Origin: Octopus sinensis | Lineage: Eukaryota | Assembly: GCF_006345805.1 (NCBI RefSeq) | Contig: NC_043022.1 | Location: 15,066,001 to 15,130,000, forward strand | Direction of reading: 5' to 3' | DNA: 64,000 nucleotides | Part shown: positions 40,317 through 53,282 of the stretch, one piece after another | How positions within the stretch are numbered: position 1 is the first letter of the stretch | Layout of the letters: each line of letters begins with the position of its first letter | Translations under genes and position numbers: made by a program | The notes under the pieces: generated by a model | The model's input: only the letters and a program-made list of their open reading frames with translations | The model's database searches: none | What the model was told of the DNA's origin: nothing

Positions 40317-41050
40317 TTAACCCTTTCATGACCAACCTGGCTGAAACCACCTCTGGCTCTGTAGTACAAATGTCTTGTTTACAAAAGTTTTGAATTAAAA
40401 TCTTCCACCAAACCTTGGTCACAATTTATGTTGCTAACACTAGCTTAATGATAACTAAGTTATTTTACTAAATTCTTTGTTATATTTTAAATTAATTGAA
40501 AGAAACACAGAGCATCTCAACAGAAATAGGGTAACAAAAAGGGTTAAATATATAATAAAGAAACATTTCTTAACCTTTTTGATACCAACCCATCTGAAAC
40601 TGCCTCTGGGTCTGAGTACAAATGTCTTGTTTTCAAAAGTTTTGAATTAAAATCTTCCACCAAACCTTAGTCACAATTTATGTTCCTAACACCAGCTTAA
40701 TGATAACTAAGTTATTTTACTAAATTCTTTGTTATATTTAAAATCAATTGAAAGAAACACAGAGCATCTCAACAGAAATAGGGTAACAAAAGGGTTAAAA
40801 TGTATAATAGAGAAACAATTCTTAACCCATTCGATACCAACCTGGCTGAAACCACTTCTGGCTCTGAGTACAAATGTCTTGTTTACAAAAGTTTTGAATT
40901 AAAATCTTCCACCACACCTTAGTCACAATTTATGTTCCTAATACTAGCTGAATGATAACTAAGTTATTTTACTAAATTCTTCGTTATATTTAAAATTAAT
41001 TGAAAGAAAGACAGAGCATCTCAAAATAAATAGGGTAACGAAAGGGTTAA
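40317..41050 (-). mobile_element. Three head-to-tail piggyBac-like MITE units (252-253-bp period)
   Basis: TTAACC starts at 40317, 40570, 40822; GGGTTAA ends at 40547, 40798, 41050. Confidence 0.75.
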
Positions 41051-41311
41051 ACAAACGAACCGATATATTCACCTGATTAATAATGAATTCACCCAATTTT
41101 ACTTTCCATTTAATATTCTAATAACACATTATTAAAATTTAAATGCACAAAGTCAAATGAAACGGGTTCAAATTCTACTATGGCTATTTTAGGTAATCAA
41201 ATGGCTGTAACCGAGAACTATGAAATACATCAGAAAGCCTTTCTACAATCTACATAATTACATAAAATCACAAAAACCAGTCAAGCCCTATATATATATT
41301 GTTTCTGGTAT

Positions 41312-41728
41312 GACGGTGGTGAGCTGGCAGAATCGTTAGCACGCCGGGCGAAATGCTTAGCGGTATTTCGTCTGTCGTTACATTCAGAGTTCAAATTCCG
41401 CCGAGGTCAACTTTGCCTTTCATCCTTTCGAAGTCGATTAAATAAGTACCAGTTACGCACTGGGGTCGATATAATTGACTTAATCTGTTTGTCTATCCTT
41501 GTTTGTCCTCTCTGTGTTTAGCCCCTTGTGGGTAGTAAAGAAATAGGTATTTCGTCTGCTGTTACGTTCTGAGTTCAAATTCCGCCAAGGTCGACTTTGC
41601 CTTTCACCCTTTCGGGGTCGATAAATTAAGTACCAGTTATGCACTGGGGTCGATATAATCGACTTAATCCGTTTGTCTGTCCTTGTTTGTCCTCTCTGTG
41701 TTTAGCCCCTTGTGGGTAGTTAAGAAAT
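41312..41728 (+). mobile_element. SINE family B dimer with 20-bp target-site duplication
   Basis: atatatattgtttctggtat at 41292-41311 and 41739-41758. Confidence 0.85.
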
Positions 41729-42048
41729 ATATATATAGATATATATTGTTTCTGGTATAGATTAATATTACAAAGAAATATTACTGGTCCCTGGCACATT
41801 GGCAAAAAACCCAAAAAAAACTGCTGGTACGCCTCGTCAGATAGTTTGAGAAGCACTGGCTCTAGTACACGTGGCCTAGTGGTTAAGCTGTTACACTCCT
41901 CATGATCGCAGGATCATGGTTTCAATTCCTAGACCGAGTGGTGTGTTGTGTTCTTGAACAAAACACTTCGTCTCACATAGCTCTGCGATCCCCTCCACAC
42001 CCGATGCGTGGTACACTTGTGCAACAGTTCAGGCAATGCCGACTTGGT

Positions 42049-42431
42049 GGAGGCGCAATGGCCCAGTGGTTAGGGCAGTGGACTCGCGGTCGTAGGAACG
42101 CAGTTTCGATTCCCAGACCGGGCGTTGTGAGTGTTTATTGATCGAAAACACCTAAAAGCTCCACGAGGCTCAGGCAGGGGATGGTGGTGATCCCTGCTGT
42201 ACTCTTTCACCACAACTTTCTCTCACTCTTACCTCCCGTTTCTGCTGTACCTGTATTTCAAAGGGCCGGCCTTGTCACTCTCTGTGTCACGCTGAATATC
42301 CCCGAGAACTACGTTAAGGGTACACGTGTCTGTGGAGTGCTCAGCCACTTACACGTTAATTTCACGAGCAGGCTGTTCCGTTGATCGGATCAACCGGAAC
42401 CCTCGTCGTTGGAACCAACAGAGTGCTTCCA
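42049..42431 (+). mobile_element. SINE family C, full length
   Basis: Near-identical to 37395-37777. Confidence 0.85.
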
Positions 42432-43269
42432 GAGAATGTCGACTTGACAGAGGGAGTGAGCTAACATCCAGCACATACATTTGATCATTATAAGCGAATC
42501 ATTTGTGCAGGTCGCTCAGCAAAAAGTGGACATCCATACATTGTCTTCGAGTCCATCACATCATCATCACCAAGGCAGCAAGCTAGCAGAACCGTTAGCA
42601 GGATGGGCAAAATTGCTAAGCGGCATTTCGCCCGTCTTTATGTTCATCATCATCATCATCGTTTAGCGTCCGCTTTCCATGCTAGCATGGGTTGGACGGT
42701 TCAACTGGGGTCTGGGAAGCCAGGAGGCTGCGCCAGGCCCAGTCTGATCTGGCAATGTTTCTACAGCTGGATGCCCTTCCTATGTGTGTGTGTGTCTGTG
42801 TTTGTCCCCCTAGCATTGACAACCGATGCTGGTGTGTTTACGTCCCCGTCACTTAGCGGTTCGGCAAAAGAGACCGATAGAATAAGTACTGGGCTTACAA
42901 AGAATAAGTCCCGGGGTCGAATTGCTTGACTAAAGGCGGTGCTCCAGCATGGCCGCAGTCAAATGACTGAAACAAGTAAAAGAATAAAGAATAATAATGA
43001 TAATTGCTTCAACTTTTTCCGTGAGTGTAGTGGGTGCTTTTTACGTGCCACCCGCACAGGTGCCAGACGAGGCTAGCAAACGGCCACGAACGGATGGTGC
43101 TTTTTACGTGCCAGTTCAAATTCTGTCGAGGTCATCTTTGACCTTTCATCCTTTCGGGGGGTTGATAAAATAAGTACCAGTTATGCACTGGGGTTGATGT
43201 AATCGACTCATCCCCTCTCCACAAAAATTGCTGCCCTTGTGGAAAAAGTTGAAGCAATTATTAGTATTA

Positions 43270-43655
43270 TTCTTTATTCTTTTACTTGTTTCAGTCATTT
43301 GACTGTGGCCATGCTGGAGCACCGCCTTTAGTCGAGCAAATCGACCCCGGGACTTATTCTTTGTAAACCCAGTACTTATTCTATCAGTCTCTTTTGCCGA
43401 ACTGCTAGGTGACGGGGATGTAAACACACCTGCATCGGTTGTCAAAGCTAGGGGGACAAACACAGACACACAAACACACACACACATACATACATATAGA
43501 TATATACGACAGGCTTCTTTCAGTTTCCGTCTACCAAATCCACTCACAAGGCTTTGGTCGGCCCGGGTCTATAGCAGAAGACACTTGCCCAAGATGCCAC
43601 GCAGTGGGACTGAACCCGGAACCATGTGGTTGCTTAGCAAGCTACTTACCACAGC
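43270..43655 (-). mobile_element. SINE family A, near full length
   Basis: Reverse complement of the family A sequence. Confidence 0.8.
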
Positions 43656-44079
43656 TACTTATTATTATCATTATTATTATTATAACATCTTTAGTTCAAA
43701 GAGTCAGCGGAAGTTCACCATTACCTTCTGCCGGAGGCACGTGGAGCTTAGGTGTTTTGCTCATAAACACACACATCACCCGGTCTGAGATTCGAACCCG
43801 CGATCCCTCGACTGCGAGTCCGCTGCTCTAACCACTAGGCCACGTTCCTCCACATTATTACTATTACTACTTATTTCCCCCCCCCCCATTCCCTACCAAT
43901 TACCACCACAGCTTATCTCTTCCAGCACTAACCATACAGTGGCTGCCAGTACCAAGGACTACAAGAGCATGTACTGTATCACCACCAACACCACACTGCT
44001 ACTTTAAGTAGGGCTACTGTGACCCTCCCCTACCAAGGCCCCTCCCACTACTATCACAACAACAACTACAGTCATTGTA

Positions 44080-44157
44080 TTACACCACCACTACTACTAC
44101 TGCTACTACTACTACTACCACCACCACCATTACTACTGCTACTACCACCACCACCAT

Positions 44158-44190
<33 letters not shown>

Positions 44191-44340
44191 CACTACTACT
44201 ACCACTACTACTGCTACCACCACTACTACTACTGCCAATACTACTACTACTACCGCCACTACTACTACTGCCACTACTACTACTGCCAATACTACTACTA
44301 CCGCCACTACTACTACTGCCACTACTACTACTACTACAAA
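44080..44340. repeat. (ACT/ACC)n trinucleotide repeat
   Basis: Direct reading. Confidence 0.9.
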
Positions 44341-45364
44341 GAGTGGAATTACTTAAGTACCCCTACTACTACTTTATTTTCTCAATTACTAAAAAAAGTT
44401 AGTCACTGTTCCCCTGACAATTGCTGTTACAGTGACTGCTACTACTGCCGCTGCTGCTACTACTGTTACAACCACTACAATTACTGCTCCTGCTGCTGCT
44501 GCTGCTGCTACATCCTGGTTCTCCAGAGAGCATCAAATACTGCCACCAATGTAAATTTGGTTCTGTTGTTGTCAATGATGATGATGATGATGATAATTAA
44601 TGCTAAGTCAGCCCTGTTCAAAAGCATTCTGACCAAGACCATCCCAAAGAATTGTTGGTACTTTAGCGCCATAACAGGTCCTGTCTGGTCTGGTCTGGTG
44701 TGGTGTGATCTGAATCAAGGCATTCCAGCAGCTTTGACCATCTCATGGTCAAACTGTCAAATGCATCTCTCATTTAAAACAGTTGGTTGTGGTTCGAGGG
44801 AGATGTTGCTGCTTTTCTAGCAGGTCATGGGACTGTGTGTGTGTGTGTATGTGTGTGTGTGTGTGGGAATATATAAAATTGTGTGTGTATATATAGCTAG
44901 TCAGCTTCCTTGACCTACCCCCGCTATCTTTCTTACTACTATAGAAATTTGTTTGCAACAGTTAGATGCGAACTTAATTGTGGTCTGATTCGGCATCTTT
45001 CTTCGTGTTTCCTGAAATTTATATCCACATCTTTATGAGTATATTTACCTTCTCTGGGATGTCACTAATTAATTTAAGAACTTTGTATTGTTGGAAAGCA
45101 TATATGGTCTGCTTGGAATTCTGCTTCAAGTTCCTGGAGCTCACATCTATAACTTTATAAGTATATTTACACTCTCTAAGATGTTTGGAAAACCTATATG
45201 AAATTAGCTGAGGATTACTTGACATATTATATTTGCTGTAATATTTGCAGCTTTAATAAAATGTTTATAGTATGAAACAATTGTACTAAACTACCGATCC
45301 ATTCTTGTTGCTTATTTTTTGGATAAGAATAAATATGTGTTTAAGAAAGTATGCATGTAGCAAT

Positions 45365-45650
45365 GTGTATAATAATAATAATAATAAAACATTGTGTACA
45401 GTGCTCAGGTGCACTACAACTCATCTAAAGTGTATGTATAATCAGGTGTAGTTTTGGCAGATTTCAGAAAGCATGAGGGCCTTAAAGGATGCAGTGTCAT
45501 GGCAGTCAACAACTGACGCAGGCAGTTTGTTCCAACTCTGAGCGTGAAAAAATGTTTCCGAAAGTCATGGGAGCTGTGTTGTTTTCTGACTTTGTAGGCA
45601 TGTCCACGTGTGTTGGACACATGGAGATCAAAAAGGTGTTCAGTGTTGTT
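45365..45650 (-). mobile_element. Second CR1-type LINE family, 3' end
   Basis: TRGHAYKVRKQHSSHDFRKHFFTLRV; (ATT)n tail; a matching tail on + at ~46990-47180. Confidence 0.8.
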
Positions 45651-45868
45651 GTTGGTATGTGTGTGACCCCAGCAACAAAACCACACGACACCTGTATATT
45701 CATAAACGCTTTTTATAACTAAAGCTTTCTGATAATTGCTAAGATCAAACAATAGTTAATGATCTTTGAGTAGAGAGTCAGGTCTGCAGCAGCAACAAGA
45801 ATGTCTGGCCACATCAAAGGATCGGCCTTTTCTGCAATTTAGTGCAGTGGCTGACCTTACTCACCAGG

Positions 45869-46069
45869 CAGTGGTTTTCAACCAGGGTTCCGCCAGTACA
45901 GTCCAGGGGTTCGGCAAGAAGTTACAAAACTGTTAAAATCGGCAGTAATTTTTAAGTCTCCTGTGCAGATATTTGTGCATGAGACTATTAAATTATTGCA
46001 CAGGGGTTCCCTGAGCCAGTGGAATGTTTCCTTGGGGTTCCGCTCCAGCAAAAAGTTTGAAAAGCACTG
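45869..46069. mobile_element. hAT-like MITE
   Basis: TIRs cagtggttttcaacc / gtttgaaaagcactg, flanked by direct repeat caccagg. Confidence 0.8.
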
Positions 46070-46387
46070 CACCAGGCACTGGCATGACCCACAAACAGTA
46101 TGGGACACACACACACACATACATACCAGCTCTGTGGTGTATAAGAAAATAGATGAGAAAGAAAAGGGATCAACCCCCACTGATTAACACACCACCACCA
46201 ACACACAACTAAAAACAACAAAAACATGGCTGGGTCTTCTTCCATTGCCCCAAGTTCATCAATACCTTAGCAGTGGAATGAGGGAGAGAGAAAAATGTGT
46301 GTATGATGGGGGGGGGGTATGTGACTCGTGTGTACCGTTGGCGATTTTTTCCCCTCTGTCTTCCCTTCTCTGGATCTTTCCTTCTAT

Positions 46388-46422
46388 GTTTCCGACGAAG
46401 AGCTCCGCTCGAAACGTTAAAC
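46388..46422 (+). ncRNA. Minimal hammerhead-ribozyme-like motif (U4C core variant) in a probable Penelope-like relic (~46205-46502)
   Basis: gttt-CCGACGA-a-gagc(tcc)gctc-GAAAC-GTT-aaac: stems I and II pair perfectly. Confidence 0.55.
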
Positions 46423-46510
46423 CCTCCTCCTTCCCTTCCTTCCTGAGCATCTTGTTCCACGTCCTCGCGTTGTGTTTTTTTGTGCTTTCTTGTTTGGATT
46501 AACTATATAT

Positions 46511-46559
<49 letters not shown>

Positions 46560-46594
46560 TGTGTGTATATATGTTGTATATATGTGTGTTTGTG

Positions 46595-46660
<66 letters not shown>

Positions 46661-46820
46661 TGCAGGAGTGGCTATGTAGTAAGTAGCTTGCTTACCAACC
46701 ACATGGTTCCGGGTTCATTCCCACTGCATGGCACCTTGGGCAAGTATCTTCTACTATAGCCTCGGGCCGACCAAAGCCTTGTGAGTGGATTTGGTAGATG
46801 GAAACTGAAAGAAGCCCGTC

Positions 46821-46862
<42 letters not shown>

Positions 46863-47575
46863 TATATATACCGGAGTAAGCACATAAATGTGAAACAAGG
46901 TGGGAAAAAAGAGTACTCAAATACCAGAGGTAGAGTAATATGCTTTAATTAAAAGCAGTAGAAATATAACTTCAAAATATAACTTCAAAACTTCCATGCT
47001 TTCTGAGATTCGCCAACACTACACCTGATCTTCTCCCCTCCATACACACACAAGCATGTATCTGACTCATACATTGTTCGCTTTCCAGACATTTTTACAT
47101 TACTGCATGTACTTTATATGCACTTTCTGACAAGTTGTGGTGCACCTGAGCACTGTATACAAAAATTTCATTATTATTATATAACAAAAGCTGTTATATA
47201 ACAAAACTAGTTAAAGGATACACCTTTAAAAATGTATTTGTTTCATTGGTCCTTTCAAATAACGGTCTTAAGCATGTGGTAAACAAAATAAACAAAATAA
47301 ATGACTTCAATATAAATTCATCCTATTATAAAAATCAAGGAAAACCTTAAATCGAAGAGTGGATTCAAAATACGCATTGCAAATAATTATATATTTGAGG
47401 GGAGGGGACTAGTCGACCCTAATGTTTCACTGGTACTTAATTTATCAACCCTGAAAGGATGAACGGCGAAGTCGACCTCGGTGGAATTTGAACTCAGAAT
47501 GTGAAGACAGATAAAATACTGAGCTAAGCACTTCGCCCAGCATGCTAACGTCACTGCCAGCTCGCCACCGTAATA

Positions 47576-47612
<37 letters not shown>

Positions 47613-47628
47613 TAATAATAATAATAAG

Positions 47629-47890
47629 TCCTTAAACAACCCTTATTCAGGGACCTTTTGAGCGGGATGAGTTACTCGATCTGAAGAAAATTCTAACTGG
47701 GCTCCACCTGCAAGGTCATGCGCTGTTTATCTTGATATGAGATCACCATGTCGCGCACATATGGTTGTGATGCATGTGCCTGGTGTACCCTTATCAGACA
47801 GGTAGTCATGATGGGTATACTGGGCTTCGTATATTTTACCCCAGTGTCACTTTGATGGCATGCTCTGCTCGCTCACTCAATAATAATAAT
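47629..47890 (+). mobile_element. Unclassified retroposon 3' end with (AAT)n tail
   Basis: Ends ctcactcaataataat; second, rearranged copy at 53283-53549. Confidence 0.65.
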
Positions 47891-49066
47891 AAAAATATTA
47901 TTGATGATGATAATAATGCTTTCTACTAAAGGCACAAGGCCTGAAATTTTTGTGGGAGGGAACTAGTCGATTACATCAACCCCTGTGATTCTCTGGTACT
48001 TAATTTATTGACCCTGAAAAGATAAAAGACAAAGTCGACCTTGGCAGAACTTGAACTCAGAACATAAAGATGGACTAAATACTGCTAAGCATTTCGCCCG
48101 GTGTGCTAATGATTCTTCCATGTCACCGCCTTAATAATAATAACAATGGCTTCAAATTTTGCCACAAGGGCAGCAATTTGGAGTGATGGGGGTAAGTAGA
48201 TTACATCGACCCCCAGTCTTCTTCAACTGGTACTTATTTTATCAACCCCAAGAGGATGAATTGTAAAGATGACCTCGGTGGAATTTGAACACAGAATGTA
48301 GTGACAGACAAAATACCACTAAGTATTTTGTCCAGCTCACTGTCTTAATAATAATAATAATAATAATAGTAATAATAATGATAATATCTAAGGTTAAAAA
48401 TCTCATTTTGCAACCATGTAAGGTCTGGGTTCAATCCCACTGCACAGCACCTTGGACAAGTAAGTGTCTTGTGAATGGATTTGGTAGATGGAAACTGTGG
48501 AAACCAGTTGTGTACATGTGAGTCTAAGTGTCTCCCCTCCACTCATTGCTTGACAACCAGTGTTAGTTTGTTTACGTCCCTGTAACTTAGCAGTTCAACA
48601 AAAGAGACTGATAATATCAAAAGTGAAAAAAATAGGCACAGAGGTTGATTTGTTTTACTAAAACCCTTCAAGGTAGTGTTCCAGCATGGCCAGACCCCAA
48701 TAAATGAAATGAATAAGAGCAAAATACACTCTGACACTGACCTGCAATATCCCATTCTGCCACAGGCTTTTGTACCCTTACTGGGTACCCTCACTGAAGT
48801 ATGAAACAGGGTACCCTTACTGGAGTAGCAAGCTGGGTACCAAACCCTATCCACTGTAACCATCTACACTGTTTCACCCCTGAAAACCTTGCACAAAACT
48901 TCACCCAAATCTTTTTTCCAAAGGCTGAATCCCTTAGGAATGTGTCCCCAGCATGGATCTTCTTGAGAGGTGCCAACAGGTCTAAGATGTATCAATACCA
49001 CCAGTTGGGAATGGCATGGTGACAACGGTACCATAATGGTAATTTGATCTTAAGAAGTGTGATTTC

Positions 49067-49320
49067 ATCATCATCATCATCATCATTTAGCATCCGCTTT
49101 CCATGCTGGCATGGGTTGGACGGTGCAACTGGGGTCTGGCAAGCCAGAAGGCTGCACCAGGCCCAGTCTGATCTGGCAAAGTTTCTACGGCTGGATGCCC
49201 TTCCTAATGCCAACCACTCCATGAGTGTAGTGGGTGCGTTTTACGTGCCACCGGCATGGAGGTCAGGCGAGGCTGGCAACGGCCACGATCGGATGGTGCT
49301 TTTTACGTGCCACCGGCACA
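49067..49320 (-). mobile_element. RTE 3'UTR fragment
   Basis: Reverse complement of the RTE tail. Confidence 0.8.
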
Positions 49321-49755
49321 ACAAACACAGTGATACATTAAAATATTTATGAATTCCATCCATGGATTATTAGTACTACTATATATACATATGTATATAT
49401 AATGATGGGCTTCTTTTAGTTTCCGTCAACCAAACCACTCACAAGGCTCTTGCTCAGCCCTGAGGCTATAATAAAAAGACATTTGCCCAAGGTGCCATGC
49501 AGTGGGACTGAACCCAGAACCATGTGGTTGGGAATCAAGCTTCTTCCCACACAGCCTCACACATAGGCACAGGAGTGACTGTGTGGTAAGTAGCTTGCTT
49601 ACTAAGCACATGGTTCCACGTTCAGTCCCACTGCATGGCACCTCGGGCAAGTGTCTCCTACTATAGCCTCGGGTTGACCAAAGCCTTGTGAATGGATTTG
49701 GTTGACGGAAACTGAAAGAAGCCCATCATGTGTGTGTGTGTGTGTGTGTGTGTGT

Positions 49756-50058
49756 GGAGGTGCAATGGCCCAGTGGTTAGGGCAGCGGACTCGCGGTCAT
49801 AGGATCGCGGTTTCGATTCCCAGATCGGACATTGTGAGTGTTTATTGAACGAAAACACCTAAAGCTCCCCGAGGCTCCGACAGGGGGTGGTGGCGATCCC
49901 TGCTGTACTCTTTCATCACAACTTTTTCTCACTCTTTCTTCTGTTGGCCTGCTCGCTTAGCCAGCGGGGTGGCGTCATTCGAAGGCAAAAACAATGCGAA
50001 GCGCATTGTGACCAGTGATGTGTAGCAACATCTGATAGCCTGGTCGGTCACAGTGATA
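49756..50058 (+). mobile_element. SINE family C subfamily with a different 3' half
   Basis: Head and middle as in family C; diverges after ctctttctt. Confidence 0.7.
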
Positions 50059-50389
50059 TATATATATATGTATGCATGTGTGTGTGTGTGTATGTTTGCG
50101 TGTCTATATTTGCCCCCCACCGACATCACTTTACAACCAATGCTGGTGTGTTTACGTCCCTGTAACTTAGCGGTTCAGCAAAAATATGAAAAAAACTGTT
50201 AACCAGAGTTTCACATTCCCATTCGTTGGACAGATATTTCTGCTACTTTTAACAAAGCGTATTACTCTACATCTGGTACTTGAGTACTCTTTTTTTCCGC
50301 CTTGTTTCACATTTATGTGTTTACTCCACCATATAACATTATATATATATGTGCTTACTCCATCATATAACATTATATATATATATATA

Positions 50390-50427
<38 letters not shown>

Positions 50428-50429
<2 letters not shown>

Positions 50430-50830
50430 TGCAGGAGTGGCTGTGTGGTAAGTAGCTTGCTTACCAACCACATGGTTCCAGGTTCAGTCCCACTGCGTGG
50501 CACCTTCGGCAAGTGTCTTCTACTATAGCCTCGGGCCGACCAAAGCCTTGTGAGTGGATTTGGTAGACGGAAACTGAAAGAAGCCTGTCGTATATATGTA
50601 TATATATATATGCGTGTGTGTGTTTGTGTGTCTGTCCCCCTAGTATTGCTTGACAACCGATGCTGGTGTGATTATGTCCCCGTCACTTAGCGGTTCGGCA
50701 AAAGACATCGATAGAATAAGTACTGGGCTTACAAAAAAAGAATAAGTCCCGGGGTCGAGTTGCTCGACTAAAGGCGGTGCTCCAGCATGGCCGCAGTCAA
50801 ATGACTGAAACAAGTAAAAGAGTAAAGAGT
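50428..50830 (+). mobile_element. SINE family A, full length
   Basis: As in other copies. Confidence 0.85.
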
Positions 50831-50914
50831 ATATATGTGTGTGTGTGTGTATCATCATCATCATCATTTAGCGTCCGTTTTCCATGCTAGCATGGATTGG
50901 ACGCTAGCATGGGT

Positions 50915-50954
<40 letters not shown>

Positions 50955-51623
50955 ATAACACACAATGTTTATAAATATACATACACACTTTGGCAGAGCG
51001 TTAGGGAATTGTTTTTACTTGTTGTTGTCTTTTTGTTTCCTTTTTTTTCTTCTTTTTTTTTTTTAATGCAAAAGTGTCAAGGTCTTCATAAAACTATAAA
51101 TATACCCTTTATTATGTGGTGCAGCCAGAGTTTCTCAAAGAATGTCATCAAATGACAACAACAACAAAGAAAAACAAAGTTAAAAAAAATATATATATAT
51201 TTATAAAAAAAAAAAAAAGGAAAAGTTTCCTTTTTGTTGGGTAGTTGGTGATAGATTAATAATAATAATAATAATAATCGTCATGCGTGTGTGTGTGTGT
51301 GTGTGTGTTTTGTCCCCCTAGCATTGCTTGACAACCGATGCTGATGTGTTTATGTCCATGTTACTTAGCAGTTCGGCGAAAGAGACCGATAGAATAAGTA
51401 CTGGGCTTACAAAAGAATAAGTCCCAGGGTCGATTCGCTCGACTAAAGGCGGTGCTCCAGCATGGCCGCAGTCAAAATGACTGAAACAAGTAAAAGAGTA
51501 AAGAGAGAGTTTTGTTATTTTCTTCTTTTTTATTTATTTATTTTATTATTTATTTTATTATTATTATTTCTAAGTTGTAGCTATTTTCAGTTCTCTGTTT
51601 TATCATATAAACTGTGTCACTGA

Positions 51624-51662
<39 letters not shown>

Positions 51663-51798
51663 CACTGTTCTTCCTTCTGTCGCTGTCTCTTAGCAATGAA
51701 CTTGTCTGTCTGTCTGGCTGTCCTTCTGTCTCCCCACCTCAACACTGAGACCTCAGTCTCTCTCTCTCTCTCTCTACATTGAGACCTTACTGTCTCTC

Positions 51799-51898
51799 NN
51801 NNNNNNNNNNNNNNNNNNNNNNNNNNNNNNNNNNNNNNNNNNNNNNNNNNNNNNNNNNNNNNNNNNNNNNNNNNNNNNNNNNNNNNNNNNNNNNNNNN
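51799..51898. other. Assembly gap (100 N)
   Basis: Direct reading. Confidence 1.
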
Positions 51899-52810
51899 CG
51901 ACTGCACTGGTATGGTCATGTGTTGCGTACAAATGAGGACAGCTGTGCGAAAAAGTGTCACACCCTAGCAGTTGAGAGAACCTGTGGAAGAGGAAGACCA
52001 GGGATGAGGTAAGAGAGTCCAGTTTGCTGGACATTGTTGTAGAGCTGAAAAAGAGGTAATTTCTACTCTTCTCCTCTGGAAGCCTTCTACTCGCAATACC
52101 AGAGGGCGCACACTCTCCTACCCTGATGTAATCTCCAGGGATACAGGCATCCAGCAACAGGACCTCCATAATGCCATGATGGACCATGAAGTCTGGCGTA
52201 GCATGGTAAATTCCATTGTCTCGACCACGGTCGAACAATGATGATGATGATGGGATGAGGTAGTGAAAGCACGACCTTCGAACGTTGGACCTTACCGATG
52301 CAATGATTAGTGACCGAGACCTTTGGAGACATGCTATGCTTGAGAAGACCCGGCAAGCCAAGTGAGACTGTAACCGTGGCCTATGCCAGTGCAGTATAAC
52401 TGGTCCATTTAAGAGTACCCTTCAACCATTGGGCAATAAATTGTGCTTGCGAAGACCTGTTGAGTCAAGTGAAATCATTGTCGTGGCCAATGACAGTACT
52501 GCCTGATTGGCACCAGTGTTGGTGGCACGTAAAATGCACTATTCGAGCATGGTCAATGCCAGTTCCGGCTGACTGATCCTATGCCAGTGGCACATAAAAA
52601 GCATCATTTGAGTGTGATCATTGCCAGTGCCACCTGACTGGCTCCCGTGCTGATGGTACATAAAAAGCCCCATTCGATCGTGATCGGTGCCAGTGCCGCT
52701 TGACTGGCTCCTATGCCAGTGGCATTTAAAAGGCACCATTCAAATGTGGTCAATGCCAGTACCGCCTGACTGGCCTTCATACCGGTGGCACATAAAAAAC
52801 ACCCACTACT
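51899..52810 (+). mobile_element. RTE ORF2 C-terminal and 3'UTR fragments (51899-52010, 52250-52810)
   Basis: RLHWYGHVLRTNEDSCAKKCHTLAVERTCGRGRP; tggcac subrepeats. Confidence 0.75.
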
Positions 52811-53282
52811 AGGAAAGTGGCTCGTGGTATGACATTAACAAAACCTCACTAAATTTAAAAGCAACATAGAATATTCTCAATTGGTTCTTTACAAAATCAC
52901 TCATTTTACCCCGATAAACCACTTTCAACACAGAGGTACCCTACCAAAATTTGTAAAATCTTTCAATTAAAATAAAGGAACACAATGAAATATTATTGCA
53001 AAACTTTATTATATTTTTATGTGAAAATCTTGAAGCTGAAAGGAACCGATTCCACCGGAAGTAAACCAAAGATATGTCATAAATTATATGAGAGATCAGC
53101 AACCTGTTTGAGCATTTGTCGGCCATTTTATGTACTTATTTAGAAAGCTCAACATTATTAGTTGTATGAGATAGTCTCACTCAAAGTTGGCAGTGTATTT
53201 CGTCTTTTTATATTGAGAAGAAAATAATTAAAATTATACAATCGTCTTCAGTAATTTAGCAGTGTTTTTGATTCTAAGCACA

